Below are positions 1-12,399 of a DNA stretch of 56,432 bases, one piece after another. How positions within the stretch are numbered: position 1 is the stretch's first letter; every line of letters begins with the position of its first letter. The translations under genes and the position numbers were made by a program. The notes below the pieces were generated by a model, which was not told the origin of the DNA, did no database searches, and was given only the letters and a program-made list of their open reading frames with translations. This DNA is from Asterionella formosa (Eukaryota): the NCBI GenBank assembly GCA_002256025.1, contig NKIB01013498.1, positions 1 through 56,432 of the forward strand. The letters run 5' to 3'.

Positions 1-903
1 CAGAATCATCATGATGTCTTTCCCAAGCAAGTACCTCTCCTCATCATCAATCTCAACAGACTTGGAATAGAAAGGAGTACGAAATTCCTCAACACTGCAG
101 CATAGAAATTTAGCAATAACCATGCTGGACACAGTAGCAGGGATTGCATTACTATGTTTAAGCAAGTTATACGTAGTTAGTACATCATTGACTAACAAAC
201 GTACATTCTCACCAGGATAGTTTGACAGGGACAGGTTTCGAAAGTGTTCGACCACACTGTCCATACGTTGAGGTGACCCTGAGGTAACCTCATCCATCAA
301 AGCTACCCATAGAAGGAGTCCAGGACCCCTATCACCATAGTCGTCAAGGCGTTCGTATAAGCCACTAAGTAGCTTAGGATCTACATGAGACTCAATCAAC
401 CTCCATAGGTGCGTAGAGTCTTCTCTAGCTTGGTCATCCCAGACCATGGCCCTGGCTAGGACAGATGCCTCAGTTTCGGCTGTAGGATCATCGAACTGGT
501 ACACTGGCTCTGGTACAGGACCTAGGCAGGTATCCACGTACGTCTTGACCAGTTCGTATTTGATGCGAGAATGATTCGTAGACATATCCCACATGACACC
601 TTCAGAATCAGGTGCGTACAAAAACGTATCAACGCCTACGAGAGCGGCTTCCTTGCGGATTGCACGCTCCAGCTCATAGAGGGTGAAGTTCACTACTGGA
701 TCGCCAGTAGGACCCTTGTAGAGCTTCTTGCGGTCTTTGGTGCAGTACTCGAATAGTCCGCGAACCTCTCTGGTATCTCCCGTACGTAGCTGGTAGGGCG
801 AGAAAATTGGAGACATTTCAGTCTTGAAATGTCTGGTGAGTGGACCACCAGAGTATCGTAACCCCTCGGGCGTGACGTGTCCAAACTTCGTTGCTTGCGT
901 CAT
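1..903 (-). CDS. gag: Gag-like ORF of a Ty1/Copia (diatom CoDi-like) LTR retrotransposon, running off the left window edge
   Basis: Hand-translated; absent from the ORF track because it has no stop in the window. ATG at 903-901, then 301 open codons MTQATKFGHV...GDRGPGLLLWVALMDEV...LSLSNYPGENVRLLV... The 'GP.LW...L..YPGENV' pattern resembles diatom Copia Gag. It lies downstream of a PBS and a putative LTR. Confidence 0.8.
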   Translation of the reverse strand, partial: MTQATKFGHVTPEGLRYSGGPLTRHFKTEMSPIFSPYQLRTGDTREVRGLFEYCTKDRKKLYKGPTGDPVVNFTLYELERAIRKEAALVGVDTFLYAPDSEGVMWDMSTNHSRIKYELVKTYVDTCLGPVPEPVYQFDDPTAETEASVLARAMVWDDQAREDSTHLWRLIESHVDPKLLSGLYERLDDYGDRGPGLLLWVALMDEVTSGSPQRMDSVVEHFRNLSLSNYPGENVRLLVNDVLTTYNLLKHSNAIPATVSSMVIAKFLCCSVEEFRTPFYSKSVEIDDEERYLLGKDIMMIL

Positions 904-1171
904 CGTCGTTAAGTATGATCGTGGTGAAATGTCGCTTGTTGAAGTTCTTAGTTCAAGCTGTTGTGTTCGTACAGCACCCTCAAGAAACTTAGAACGACAC
1001 ACTTCACGAAGAGTACGTTTGTGATGTTACCTTGAATAGCAGAGGCGCTGATGCAGTGCTTGCTATCTCGCGTGACTATGTACAGGGCTACAAGTCGAAC
1101 GCGATCTCTTGCCTGACTCTCACAACCTTGTCGTGTAACAAACCTTGTTGTGTAAGAACAATTTAGCTACG

Positions 1172-1192
1172 AGCGTGTTGGGCTCAATAACC
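1172..1192 (-). promoter_or_regulatory. Primer-binding site complementary to the anticodon half of initiator tRNA-Met
   Basis: Minus strand reads ...TACCA-ACT-GGTTATTGAGCCCAACACGCT. This matches the GGTTATG(A/G)GCCC half-tRNAiMet PBS of copia/Ty5-type elements with one extra base. Confidence 0.8.
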
Positions 1193-1195
1193 AGT

Positions 1196-1849
1196 TGGTA
1201 GATGCTACGTATCTGTAGCTCTCACGCAGTAAAATTTGCTAGAAAAATGTTTCTACACAATTTGTTTGTTTTACTTTGTTTGCTAATAATTGTTTTTATA
1301 AAAGAGTGAGCTTAATGTAAATGTAAATTTGAATGTATGATTTTGAAACTTCCAAGCTCATGCATGTTTCAAAATAGAGGTGATCTTCGGAGGCGAGGTT
1401 CATTTGTGTTCCCAACTTGAACTGAGAATAAACTACATCCTCTTCCTAAATACACATTTGTCTTAATCTTGGCCTGTCTCAACTTAGGCCAGATGCTGTT
1501 GGATCGAAGACTGCTTACAGAATGATCCTGTTAATCATAACTAGATCATATCTAGTTTGCTTCTTTAATGTTCCTTGATGTTGCGGACATATCTGTAATT
1601 GTCTAGTCAATCATTTATTGATTTGGCTTCTAGGTCTGATCGTCTTCTAGAGTCCAATTAACAGGTTAGAGAGAACTTCTCCTGAAAGTTCCTCTCTCAA
1701 CTGTGGCATTTTACACGCGATATTTAACCATGTAATCTTGAATCAATCATCTAGTGGATTGTGGTACATGTTCCTAATCAGGTCACTAGAGGCGAAAATA
1801 TATTGACACTCATAACCTGATCAGGAATCAGGAATCTCTATGTGTTTCA
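1196..1849 (-). mobile_element. Putative 5' LTR of the Copia element
   Basis: Ends in CA 3 nt before the PBS (1196-1197). The outer boundary TG (TGAAACAC, 1849) is a guess because the partner LTR is outside the window. Confidence 0.55.
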
Positions 1850-2729
1850 ACTCCGGTAGTACCGGTACTACATATCATAAAAATCCACCAATCGACACCT
1901 AGCTTCGCTTTTGACTCGTGGATGCATGATCATGGAAATATCATTTCTCCGACTCTCCTTCACAAGATCAATGCGGACGCCGAATTCTTCACAGCTGAAC
2001 CTGTAATCGTCAGATTTTCAAAAAAAAGAAAGATCCGAATTCTCATTATACAATAACGATGCAGTTGTTCCGACTTCCCAATTGGTTGAGGCATTCGTAT
2101 GTGTGATGAAAACAACGACGACAATCCCGTAAACGCACGTGTCCCTCGTTGGACTTGTATCTAAGTCAGCCTTCCCAATTGTTTGAGGTTGAGTCATTCC
2201 TATCGTCTTCCCTTTTTCAGGTGTCATAAATGCAATGACGATAGCGCACGTATTCCTCGTTGGCCATGTACACAACTCAGCCTTCCCAAATGGTTGAGAT
2301 TGAGTCGTTGCCCTGGTCTTCCCTTTTCATTCAATTTTCATGACAACTGTGAACGTTCTTACTTGACATCTATGTTCTCTGTGTTTGACGAATCTCTTGT
2401 AGCCGAACCCCTTCCCTGTAGAGCACTAGCTATTCGGCAGTAATGGCCGATTGGTGAAAGAAAAATTGGGAATTACAGTCACAATTGCATGACAACTGCT
2501 TCGGTTTGATCTTGTTCTATACGAATAGTCTTGAGTCTACACATTTCCTCATAGTGTTATCTATATCCCTACGAAGCAATAGTGAACTTTCTGTAAGAAC
2601 AGGATAAGAAGCGAAATAACAAAGTAAAACTTTGATCTCAGTCTTTCCTCTTTCTTTGCCTCATAAAACGAAAACAGAAAACTTAACAAAGCATCAGCAG
2701 CAAACTGCAAATCGAACGCCTCTAACATC

Positions 2730-4199
2730 ATGAATCTCCACCTCGCTCTCCTCCTCCTTGTCCCTTTGATGACTGTCGACGCCTCTGAAGGGGGTATTCG
2801 TTCTCTAGGTATGTGGCTGGTTGCTCTCTTGACTTGGTGTGGTGCAGTCACGGAGCCTTGTTGTGCTCTGATAACCCGCCTTGAACTTGCAAGCCTCGTG
2901 AATTTTATTGCCTGTTGCTTATATGTATGATTGTATATCTACAACTGGCTGCCTCTTTGGTTTGTTTGTTTGTTCATTTGTTCATTTGTTCGTTTGTTCG
3001 TTTGTTCTTTGGTTTGGATCATGGTGATGTGATATAATTTGGGTATGTTACCATGCATTCAAACTCGCTGCGGCATACTATTACATCATGGTGCCACACC
3101 CTCAGTTGTCGTATCGTGAGTTTTTGTATCGTCATGTGCAACAGATAAAATTGAGTCCGACCAATCAAGTCAGTGACGAGGTTTGGCGGACGAACGGCGT
3201 ATATATATATCATCGCTCGTAATTCATCGAATTCATGTTCTGTGTGACATTATTTAGAGAGGATACAATCCAAAAACACATTTCTCACACCATCCAAAAA
3301 CGCTATACCAACATTGTCGCATTCCTTTTCTCATTCCTTTCCATCCCTTGCCTTCATGCAATGACGAACCAACAGTGACATGTCCAGAAGATGATTTACA
3401 AGTAATTTATGATTTCCAGAGCGGCGGCCTTCAGGGTTGGGAAAACGCCATCATGAAAAAAGATTGCAAGCCAAAACTTACCAAATTTATTGTTCCGAAT
3501 GGTGGCAACCCCACCAAGACTTACACTATTTTTCCCTTTTCTACCACCGCGGAAGTGGAATTGAAGTTTGATTTCTATGAACTTGGCACCTGGGATGGTG
3601 ATAGCAATATCAATGGACCCGACCGTCTTAAGGTTAAGATCAATAAGGAGACGATTGATTTGGGCACCTATCACAAGAATAATGATGGCGAAGAAAATCT
3701 TGACACATCTCAAGAGGGCTTTACTGTGACACGAAAATCTGATCCTTTTGATGATCTTTGCTCGGGATCTAATAAGGACCAGGTTCATCATTTCTCCATT
3801 AAGTTCCCAGGCACAAAATTGCCTCTCGGCGAAATCAAGGTGACATTTAAGCCAGATGTGAAATCGGATGGAGGTGTCGCTGATGTTGCTGGATTTGACA
3901 ATGTCCAGATCATTACCAATGATTGTGATTCTGATCATGATGGTGTCTCAAATTTACTTGATAAATGTCCTAACACTGTGACCGGAGCAACAGTTGAGGA
4001 AATCAGTCCTAAAAGAGATGTTGGATGCAGTGCTGAACAGATCCTCGATAGGGATTGCCCAATTGATGGAATGGGCACTCATGAGTATGTTTACTGTATC
4101 ATGAACAAAGCCAAAAAATTGATGAATAGGGGTCTTATGGTTAAAGCATTGCAAGATGACATGATTGACAATATGTGCATCGATAACAGGATGCTTTGA
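2730..4199 (+). CDS. Secreted protein: signal peptide, uncharacterised beta-rich domain, thrombospondin type-3-like Ca-binding repeat, Cys-containing C-terminal domain
   Basis: Exon 1 is 2730-2808 (MNLHLALLLLVPLMTVDASE...) followed by a GTATGT donor. A probable acceptor near 3261 joins the 3348-4199 ORF frame. Motif DCDSDHDGVSNLLDKCPNT. The exact splice junction is uncertain. Confidence 0.65.
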
Positions 4200-4778
4200 A
4201 GCATTCTTGACAAGTGCCTGGAATGTGGGAATTGAAGAAACATGAGCAGGCATGTTGAGATATTTGAAGGAAGAACTACACGAAAAAACAAGCTCAACCA
4301 ATACATGTATGCATGCCTTAACATTTACTCCTATGATGCATGGCTGCAGTGATGAAGAGCCAATGACAAGAAAGAGGAGAAAACCTATAAAAAGCAAAAA
4401 ATATCAAAAAAGAAAACAAAAAAATACCCAAGAAACAAAACCAAAAACCAAAAAACCAATTATACATATTATGTAAAACATCATTTAGTAAACAAATAGA
4501 GTTGAGCTTACCAGTTTTTGTTGAGATCAAGTTGTATTGTTGAACTGGGTTGTATAGATAGGGCCATGATGGTGTAGAAAAGGGCAATTCTTGTCAAACT
4601 ACTGGTATATGACATACTGCTTATGGACATTCATATACATATTCATATACACATACCGGTAGTTCCAGCATACGATAGACCCCTGCCGGTATTAGTAAAC
4701 ACACGTAATAAATTTAGTACTGCGGGTCTACGTTGCTATCTACGTAGCAACTCCGGCGAGCAGCAACTCCGCCTCACC

Positions 4779-5720
4779 ATGGCGGAAGCCTCCTTCCTTC
4801 CCAACACCATCGCCGATATCACTTTCACCGACCTCGGGCATGAAGCAACCTTTGACGACTTATCGCCGATCACAAGAACCAACCAAAATGATGTAACAAT
4901 GGCTGACTACGACAAGGTGACCGAGCAGGTGACCGATTGCATTCCATTTCTCCCCGATGACGACAACATGCAGTCGAGCAACTCTGTTAATGATCCGACT
5001 CACCACTGCGATTCAAATGACTGGACGGAGGTAATTACGAAGGGCGAAAAAGAAGAAGAATCGCGACTCTCCTCCAGTATCACCTTCACCAACTATGAGA
5101 AGTCACGCTTCAATGAAAAAAGACCAAACTACCCTTTCCACCAAAACACATGGAACTACTCTGAAAACCCCAGAAGAAACAGTCTCCTCTACACGCACAC
5201 AGTGGAACAACCCCGATAAAGCAGGCAAATCATCCCATAGCAAACACGGTGCATCCTGCGGCAGGTGAGCACACAAATGACAACAATCCACCTACTCCAG
5301 CTCAACCAACGGCACTCCGAACACTGCAACCTGACCCCCAGAAGAAAAATATCATAAAAAATACTCATGAAGTCCATTCAGAGAAAACCGTGCATACTAC
5401 TACACAATTAGTAGATAAACAACAAGACCAGGACACGGATAGGAACCAAGTTGGTCAAAGATATTTGGCACACACAACAACGAATTTGTTTTTACAACTT
5501 TGTTGCAATGGAAAGTGGATGATCATGAAGAAATCTCAACTTATGGTCCAAAAAATGCTAATATAGACCAGATGAGACCCCACATGAGATTTGTCCCAAT
5601 GTCAACCATCAAAAGTTCCCCAGAAGCAACCAGCTCATTCATCCACTGTTAGCAAACATTTACAAACAATCTACTCGAAATGAGCTTAAGTAATCTAAAA
5701 TCTCCCCCATCAATCATACA
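4779..5720 (+). pseudogene. Degraded ORF1-like 5' part of a non-LTR retrotransposon
   Basis: Low-complexity P/T/N/D-rich reading frame broken by stops and frameshifts. Same strand as, and upstream of, the RT remnant at 7809. Confidence 0.4.
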
Positions 5721-5723
5721 CTA

Positions 5724-6480
<757 letters not shown>

Positions 6481-6504
6481 ATGTAACGATATGCATGCCT
6501 ATTT

Positions 6505-7028
6505 ATAGCATCAATGGTCTGGTTGCTGCAACCATGCGCATCGCTGTAGTAGCCTGACACCAGTAGCAGTATTTCCGCCACAGTCATTCCTCTCCGCCCA
6601 CCAAAGAAGCAACCCTGATCATTCCATTCTGAGCAAGCGTGATCGCCACGCTGCTCCAGAACTATTGACTCTCTCTAGCTGATGTAGCTTCTGATACGAA
6701 CTCGCAGTAGAAATGTAGCAAAGCGCGTTAGTACAAGAAAAGCATTGCTTGGCGGCAATATTGACATCATTGTCAATGACTATACAAATCAACAACGGCA
6801 CAATACCACATCTTCAATGAGTAGTCATTGATAAATGCATTGGTTCTTATGTAGATATGTAAAATCGAAACAAAACGACAGTGCGTAACGACAAACAACA
6901 ATGGAAGCAATCAAAACAAACCACGGAAGCAATCAAATCGGAAAGTCGATAAATATGATCTACAATCCACATTCAGTGTTTCACTGTTGTACTCACCGAT
7001 CCGCTTCAACTAGCAGAACAAGCAGCAG
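6505..7028 (+). repeat. Dispersed repeat A, copy 1 (other copy at 33906-34438)
   Basis: Long shared blocks, e.g. AAGCAACCCTGATCATTCCATTCTGAGCAAGC and CACATTCAGTGTTT.ACTGTTGTACTCACCG. Confidence 0.9.
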
Positions 7029-7397
7029 ACGATACATATGTAAACTAGATGACTGCTGGTACCGGTAGAATATCCGTTAAGCATCATCATATACATGACC
7101 GGAGCAAAAACTTGCCACCAACATCAGATGTATCGATATCATTGTTCGTCCGACGAAATATGGACAATGCAACTACATGAATGCCTCGAGAAGACAAGCA
7201 ATCCAACAATCAACCGCATCCTTTAGGCGAAGAATGGCTACTGGCGTCATCGCAGAACTGATTTCGCTTCAAACCGGTCATGATGGATGACGATTGGCAT
7301 GGTGAAAAGTGAATTGCCGGTGTCCACTTTTCAGGAGACGAGCAAAAACGAGGTGAATTCTAGATATAAATTATTAAAATCTGTATAGTATATAAAA

Positions 7398-7807
7398 TGG
7401 TTTCCTTAAGTAGACCCCTTGCCAATTTCGGCAATCCCAGGGCTGGAAAACTGATGGGCATCTGGCAATTGTTGTCTTGCGAAAATGCAAACATATAAAA
7501 TATATCCAAAATATATTGTAATGATGGGCAATATCAGACCTTTGGCAATTTTCGAGGTGAAGATAGGAAATATTCAAAATATATTTTATATGATGGGCAA
7601 TAGTAGGCTAAAATTGACATTTATGCTAAATTTGTGGGCAGTAGAGCAGGAATTGCCTCAACAATACCCTTCTTGGCGGCTACTTGCCTTCTCGTATACA
7701 TGTGTACTCGGCTGGGATGGCACTTGTAGGGTGACCTTCTTGCAGCGCCTCGAACACATGTATACTCACAGGCAAGAGACCACCTTGGGTGTTTATTGCC
7801 TTCAGCA
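7398..7807 (+). mobile_element. Truncated 5' part of a pogo-like element (paralog of 34544-34968)
   Basis: Shares TGGTTTCCTTAAGTAGACCCCTTGCC...TATTGCCTTCAGCA with the region leading into the pogo transposase at 34.9 kb. Confidence 0.85.
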
Positions 7808-7808
7808 C

Positions 7809-9995
7809 AAAGGGGTTCCTCACAGCCGCCCTAATTGTTCTTCAAGCAATGGATGCAATTTTAATGAAAACATTAACATATGACAGGATCCAAATCTGTA
7901 GGAAAACAGCAATCATTTTTCTCAATGATGGTAAAGCCGCTTTTGACCAGATGATACCCTCAGTTGGCGCAATAGCATTAAGAAGGCTTGGAGCTAGTAA
8001 GAATGGAGTCACTGCTCTTTTGCAAACCCTGGAACAAATGAAGTATAGAGTTTGCACCACATTGGGTCTTTCAGAAGATGCTTACTCTAATGTTCAGGAT
8101 TGGTTCCTCTTGGGCACCCTCCAAGGGTTGGGAGCATCACCATCCCTATGATTTGCAATTACATGTGTGTTACTTGGGGCCATCTCTAAAAGATCTCCGG
8201 GATTGACTCTGGCAAATTCTTGGCATACTCAACACTTGCAAAGATCTGCCGATTTCTTTCAATGGAGTCAACCTCCCTTGTGCATATAGCATAGGAGATG
8301 CAGAATATTGCCCAGTATTGGGAACAGTTACTATACACTACAGGAGGAGCATTGGCATTGGAGAAATGTTTTTCGTTGCAATGGACTGGGATTTTTCAAT
8401 GACAAAGCAATACAACCTCAAATCGGCCGCTTTATGCTGACCTCAGGATCAGATCACAGTACTGCAACGTCGATTCCACAGAAAGATGCTATAGAGGGTC
8501 CTCGAAACTTAGGAGCAATGTTGTCTCCAGCTGGAAATAATGCCGACAAATGCACAAAATTAATTCAGAGAGGGAGATCAATGAGTATGAACATTTCAGC
8601 CTCGAAATTGTAAAGGTCAGAAGTCTTGTTAGCATACAAGACAATGTTACCACCAGCAATGAATACCCACTCTGTGTATCTACTTTCAATGCACAAATAT
8701 GTCAACAAATTGATCAGTCATACTTACCTACACTATTAACCAGAATGGGGTTCAATCGTATGACCAAACGGCTTCTCTTCTTCGGCCCTCCTGATTTAGG
8801 AGGTTTTGGTTTCACCAATACACATACAGACCAGGGGATTTCCCAACTACAGCTCCTATTGAGCCACACCAGGAAAAGGGACGAAATTGCTGACATAATT
8901 CTTATCTTGTTAGAGAATATCCAACTCCAGATGGGAGTCACAGGAACACCATTTAAATTCTGTATCAAAATGCACTTGAATTATATTGAGAAATCATGGA
9001 TAACGTCAGCATGGGAGTTCGTGCGTAATATCTCCGAGGGGAAACTTTATCTTGAGCATCCCTTGGAGATTCTAACAACCCAAAGGGAACATGATGTGGC
9101 ACACATGGATGTATTCATTCACCCTAGATGGCAGTTGCTCCCGAAGGAATTGAAAAGATTGAATGCATGCTGAATGTATCTCCAGGTACTCAAAGTGCCA
9201 GACATCGCAGATGGTACTGGCTTGTATCTTACGCCTGCTGCAGTGTTGCAGGGCCTATGCTTTTTTGATAGAAAAAGTCAGTACTCATGGCCACCTCAGG
9301 AATGTCCATCCACAATTGCATGGAGATTATGGCAACAGACCTTAACACATGTCTTTAGTACTGCACCTACTACCTCCATGTCGTGCCTTTGTCAAAAGCT
9401 TGGTAGATGGCTATCGCCTGCTGACCATCATCAAAAATGTACATTCTATATGGACACTGATACGATGACTCTCATCAAATGCACTAACAGTCGGACTCAT
9501 GGGATGGGCCCCATCCCAAACAGGAGGCATTCATTTTTACATGGGGCCACAGAAGAGGAACAAGGACGAATTTTAAAGCAGAAGGTTGATCAAGTTCTTA
9601 CAGTGTTTTACGCTGATAAAGATAATGCGAGCGTGACTGATTGCTCTCTGTTCCTACTACCATGCCGAGTAAGCATCCAGCGCCATAATCGAAATGTTAT
9701 GGATTCAAACAGTGAATCTCTCACTCCAAGCATGAAATCCGGCACATCGGTCATATTTAGAAGATGGAGCTTGGCTCCGCCTCGCACAACGCTTTGAACA
9801 AATGGAAGGGAGATGACCTAGCGTCAGATCACGAACATCATAATAACTGCTGCAGTGTCGGGTCTTCAAGGCACAAATGCGATTTTAGGTTCAGATTTTT
9901 TGTACTATAAAATTATATAATGACCACAAATTCGATTTTATCTTTAGATTTAATGTACTTTAAATTTTAATACACACCACACCAGCTTAAATAAA
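7809..9995 (+). mobile_element. Degraded ORF2 (reverse transcriptase) and 3' UTR of a non-LTR retrotransposon, Ambal-like
   Basis: RT motifs AMDAILMKTLTYD, FLNDGKAAFDQM, GTLQGLGASPSL, RNLGAMLSPAG, MGFNRMTKRLLFFGPPDLGGFG, RLNAC*MYLQV, FLHGATEEEQ. Many stops and frameshifts. Ends in an AT-rich tail (AAATAAAG). Confidence 0.85.
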
Positions 9996-10216
9996 GAAAC
10001 AAATGGCCGTTCTTTTGATGAAGTTGATCTTACAGATTATTTCTACAAAACCATGTATCTTGTCGATTTTTTTCATTGAGCATGTAGACTTTAGTATATA
10101 TTTGCGCAGTCGAAAGACGTTGACCAGGACAGCATTGGCTACCTAGCCATGTTGGTTGAATGTCATTGCTCCTGCATATTTTATAGGCAGGATCAGCCAA
10201 GGTGATCGATTTCTAA

Positions 10217-10500
10217 TTGCAGAAAAAGTTGGCAAAAAGAAATTACTTCTCAGTTTTTGAGGCAAGTGTGAACATCAATATCATTTTATTTTGTTACCGT
10301 ATTAATGAAGCATTCTGTGTCCTTGCATTACTAGAAGGAAAATTCCGATTGCAACCAAAATTGATTGGTTCTGATCCAACCAACGATGCAATTCCCGATG
10401 ATGTGGAGCATTGGAGTGATGTTGTCGAAAAACCACAGTCCAAAAACAGTGTTTTGGGAAGAAGGTTCATTTTTGAATGGTCTAACTGGCTGATTAATGG
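10217..10500 (+). pseudogene. Possible C-terminal fragment of a Plavaka-like transposase
   Basis: Weak resemblance only (KPQSKNSVLGRRFIFEW); lies inside the TE nest. Confidence 0.25.
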
Positions 10501-10706
10501 ACTGATGATTTACTGGCATATTACCGTTGACCATACACTGAACTTTCACAGAAGAGCTGATCTGAACATGAAAACAATCCTTGTGCCTTTAGTACTACCG
10601 CCATGGCAAGACATTCTCTGGATACTTACTTCTCATGTTCCGGATTAATGGATCATTGCAGTGATGAGAAAGCCCTTGATGATTACATTTCAATTTGAAT
10701 GGTCAT

Positions 10707-10900
10707 AGCAATATTTGTCAATTAAATCTTATAGTAGATTAAAGCTATCCAATAATTGCAATTGTGCCCAGATAAATGTACACAATTAGTATCAGTACAA
10801 TGGGACATGTCTCCTCGTCAGCCACACACCCGGAACCCTAGGGACTACATAAAAGAACAACAGCCACCTCATGAGGTGTGCTAACCACTAAGCCATTCCA
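10707..10900 (-). mobile_element. tRNA-derived SINE-like element, copy 1, with 17-bp target-site duplication
   Basis: TCAATTTGAATGGTCAT occurs at 10690-10706 and 10901-10917. Head TGGAATGGCTTAGTGGTTAGCAC contains an A-box. Homologous to 28303-28545. Confidence 0.8.
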
Positions 10901-11152
10901 TCAATTTGAATGGTCATTACAGGAATTCTATTTTTCCCAGTCTAGTGATCATTTCCATATTCTTTAATGTAAAATGCATGTTTGGAGTGATGCCATATAT
11001 GCAATTGTTATCACTGACTTCCCCTTTTTTGATTCTTTCCTATATAGATTGTCAATCCACGCACCAGCAGTTTCTTGTACAATGACTTTGCCGACATTGA
11101 AATGGTGTTTCTTGCGCAGCTACAAACTTTAGAAGAACAAAGCCCCATCTGC

Positions 11153-11858
11153 AAGTTGCGATAATTTTGCTGAAATGGACAATGTGACGCAGGACAGGCG
11201 CTCAAATAGAGAATGTGCGTCATCAACTCTCTCTTTGAATCGACAGCATCACGACTTGTTAGAGACGTGAATAATTATTTCGTCCAAACACGGAAGCGTT
11301 AAAACAAGGCAAATGGCTGAAGAAAGAAAATGACAATGACTGGGGCAATAGAGAGGCTGCCCGAAGCAAAAGTAAGCAAAGTATTAACGAAGAGTAAGCA
11401 AGTCTTGCTTACTTTGCTTTATTCTCTCAAACTCAAAATCGTTCTTATTTTCCGGCTGAAGTGATGAATACAACCTATCTTAATTAACGGTTTTCGAAGT
11501 CGTTGGGATTGGAAATTCATAACTGTCAGCATCATCATAGCAACGACCCGATATAACTATTACAAACTACCGGTATGTATATACATTACATACGCATGTT
11601 AAGTATAAATGAATACTATAAAACATACACTATGCTTACTTTCGCTTCGGGCCGCCTCTCAATTGCCCCTGTCATTTTTTTTGTTTTCTTGACGTTTCCC
11701 TGTTTTGAAGAATAGAATTAGCATAAAACCTAGTACATCACTAAGTGGTGATCACCATGCATACAGATGATTAGGAAGAGTGAATTGATCACATTTTCTA
11801 TGTAATTCAACGCCTATCCTGCGTCATGTTATCAATTTCAGCAAAATGACCACAACTT
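11153..11858. repeat. Long imperfect inverted repeat centred at about 11505
   Basis: 11336-11382 matches the reverse complement of 11629-11675 at 42/47 positions. 11153-11217 aligns with 11790-11858 around the same centre. Confidence 0.85.
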
Positions 11859-12399
11859 CTTGCTTGCTGAGTTTCACAATCGAAATTTTATCAACCGTTT
11901 CTTTTCTGCATATGGTAAGCAAATGTCGACATTGTATGAAAGATCATCGAGTTGCAGGGATACTGAACTAATAAAACACAATAATGCTGTAAAAGTTATG
12001 CTTTGAATCCTCCTTCAAACAAAAAAGCTCATGTTGCGCAATGTAGGCTAAGTGGGGGAGCATTTAATGATTTTTATGAGAATACACAAGAATAAGATTC
12101 TTGTACTATCCTTCAATCAAGTGAATATAATCATATTTACCATGAAGATGATAATGAATCCGACTATGTACAAGAAGAAGAAGTGATTTAAAGGTATCCA
12201 AGGATTGAATATGCATACAATGCAATAGTCAGCCAGATTACCAAGATGAAATCGGCCTCCTCCCTAAACAAGCAATGAAAATATATCTCTACAACCAGAA
12301 TTTCAACTTCCAACGAAGCATTCACTGAACATGAATCTTATTGAATTGGAACTTATGGTTTTCCTTAACAAGAATTATCTTCCCCCTATGTACTTTGAA

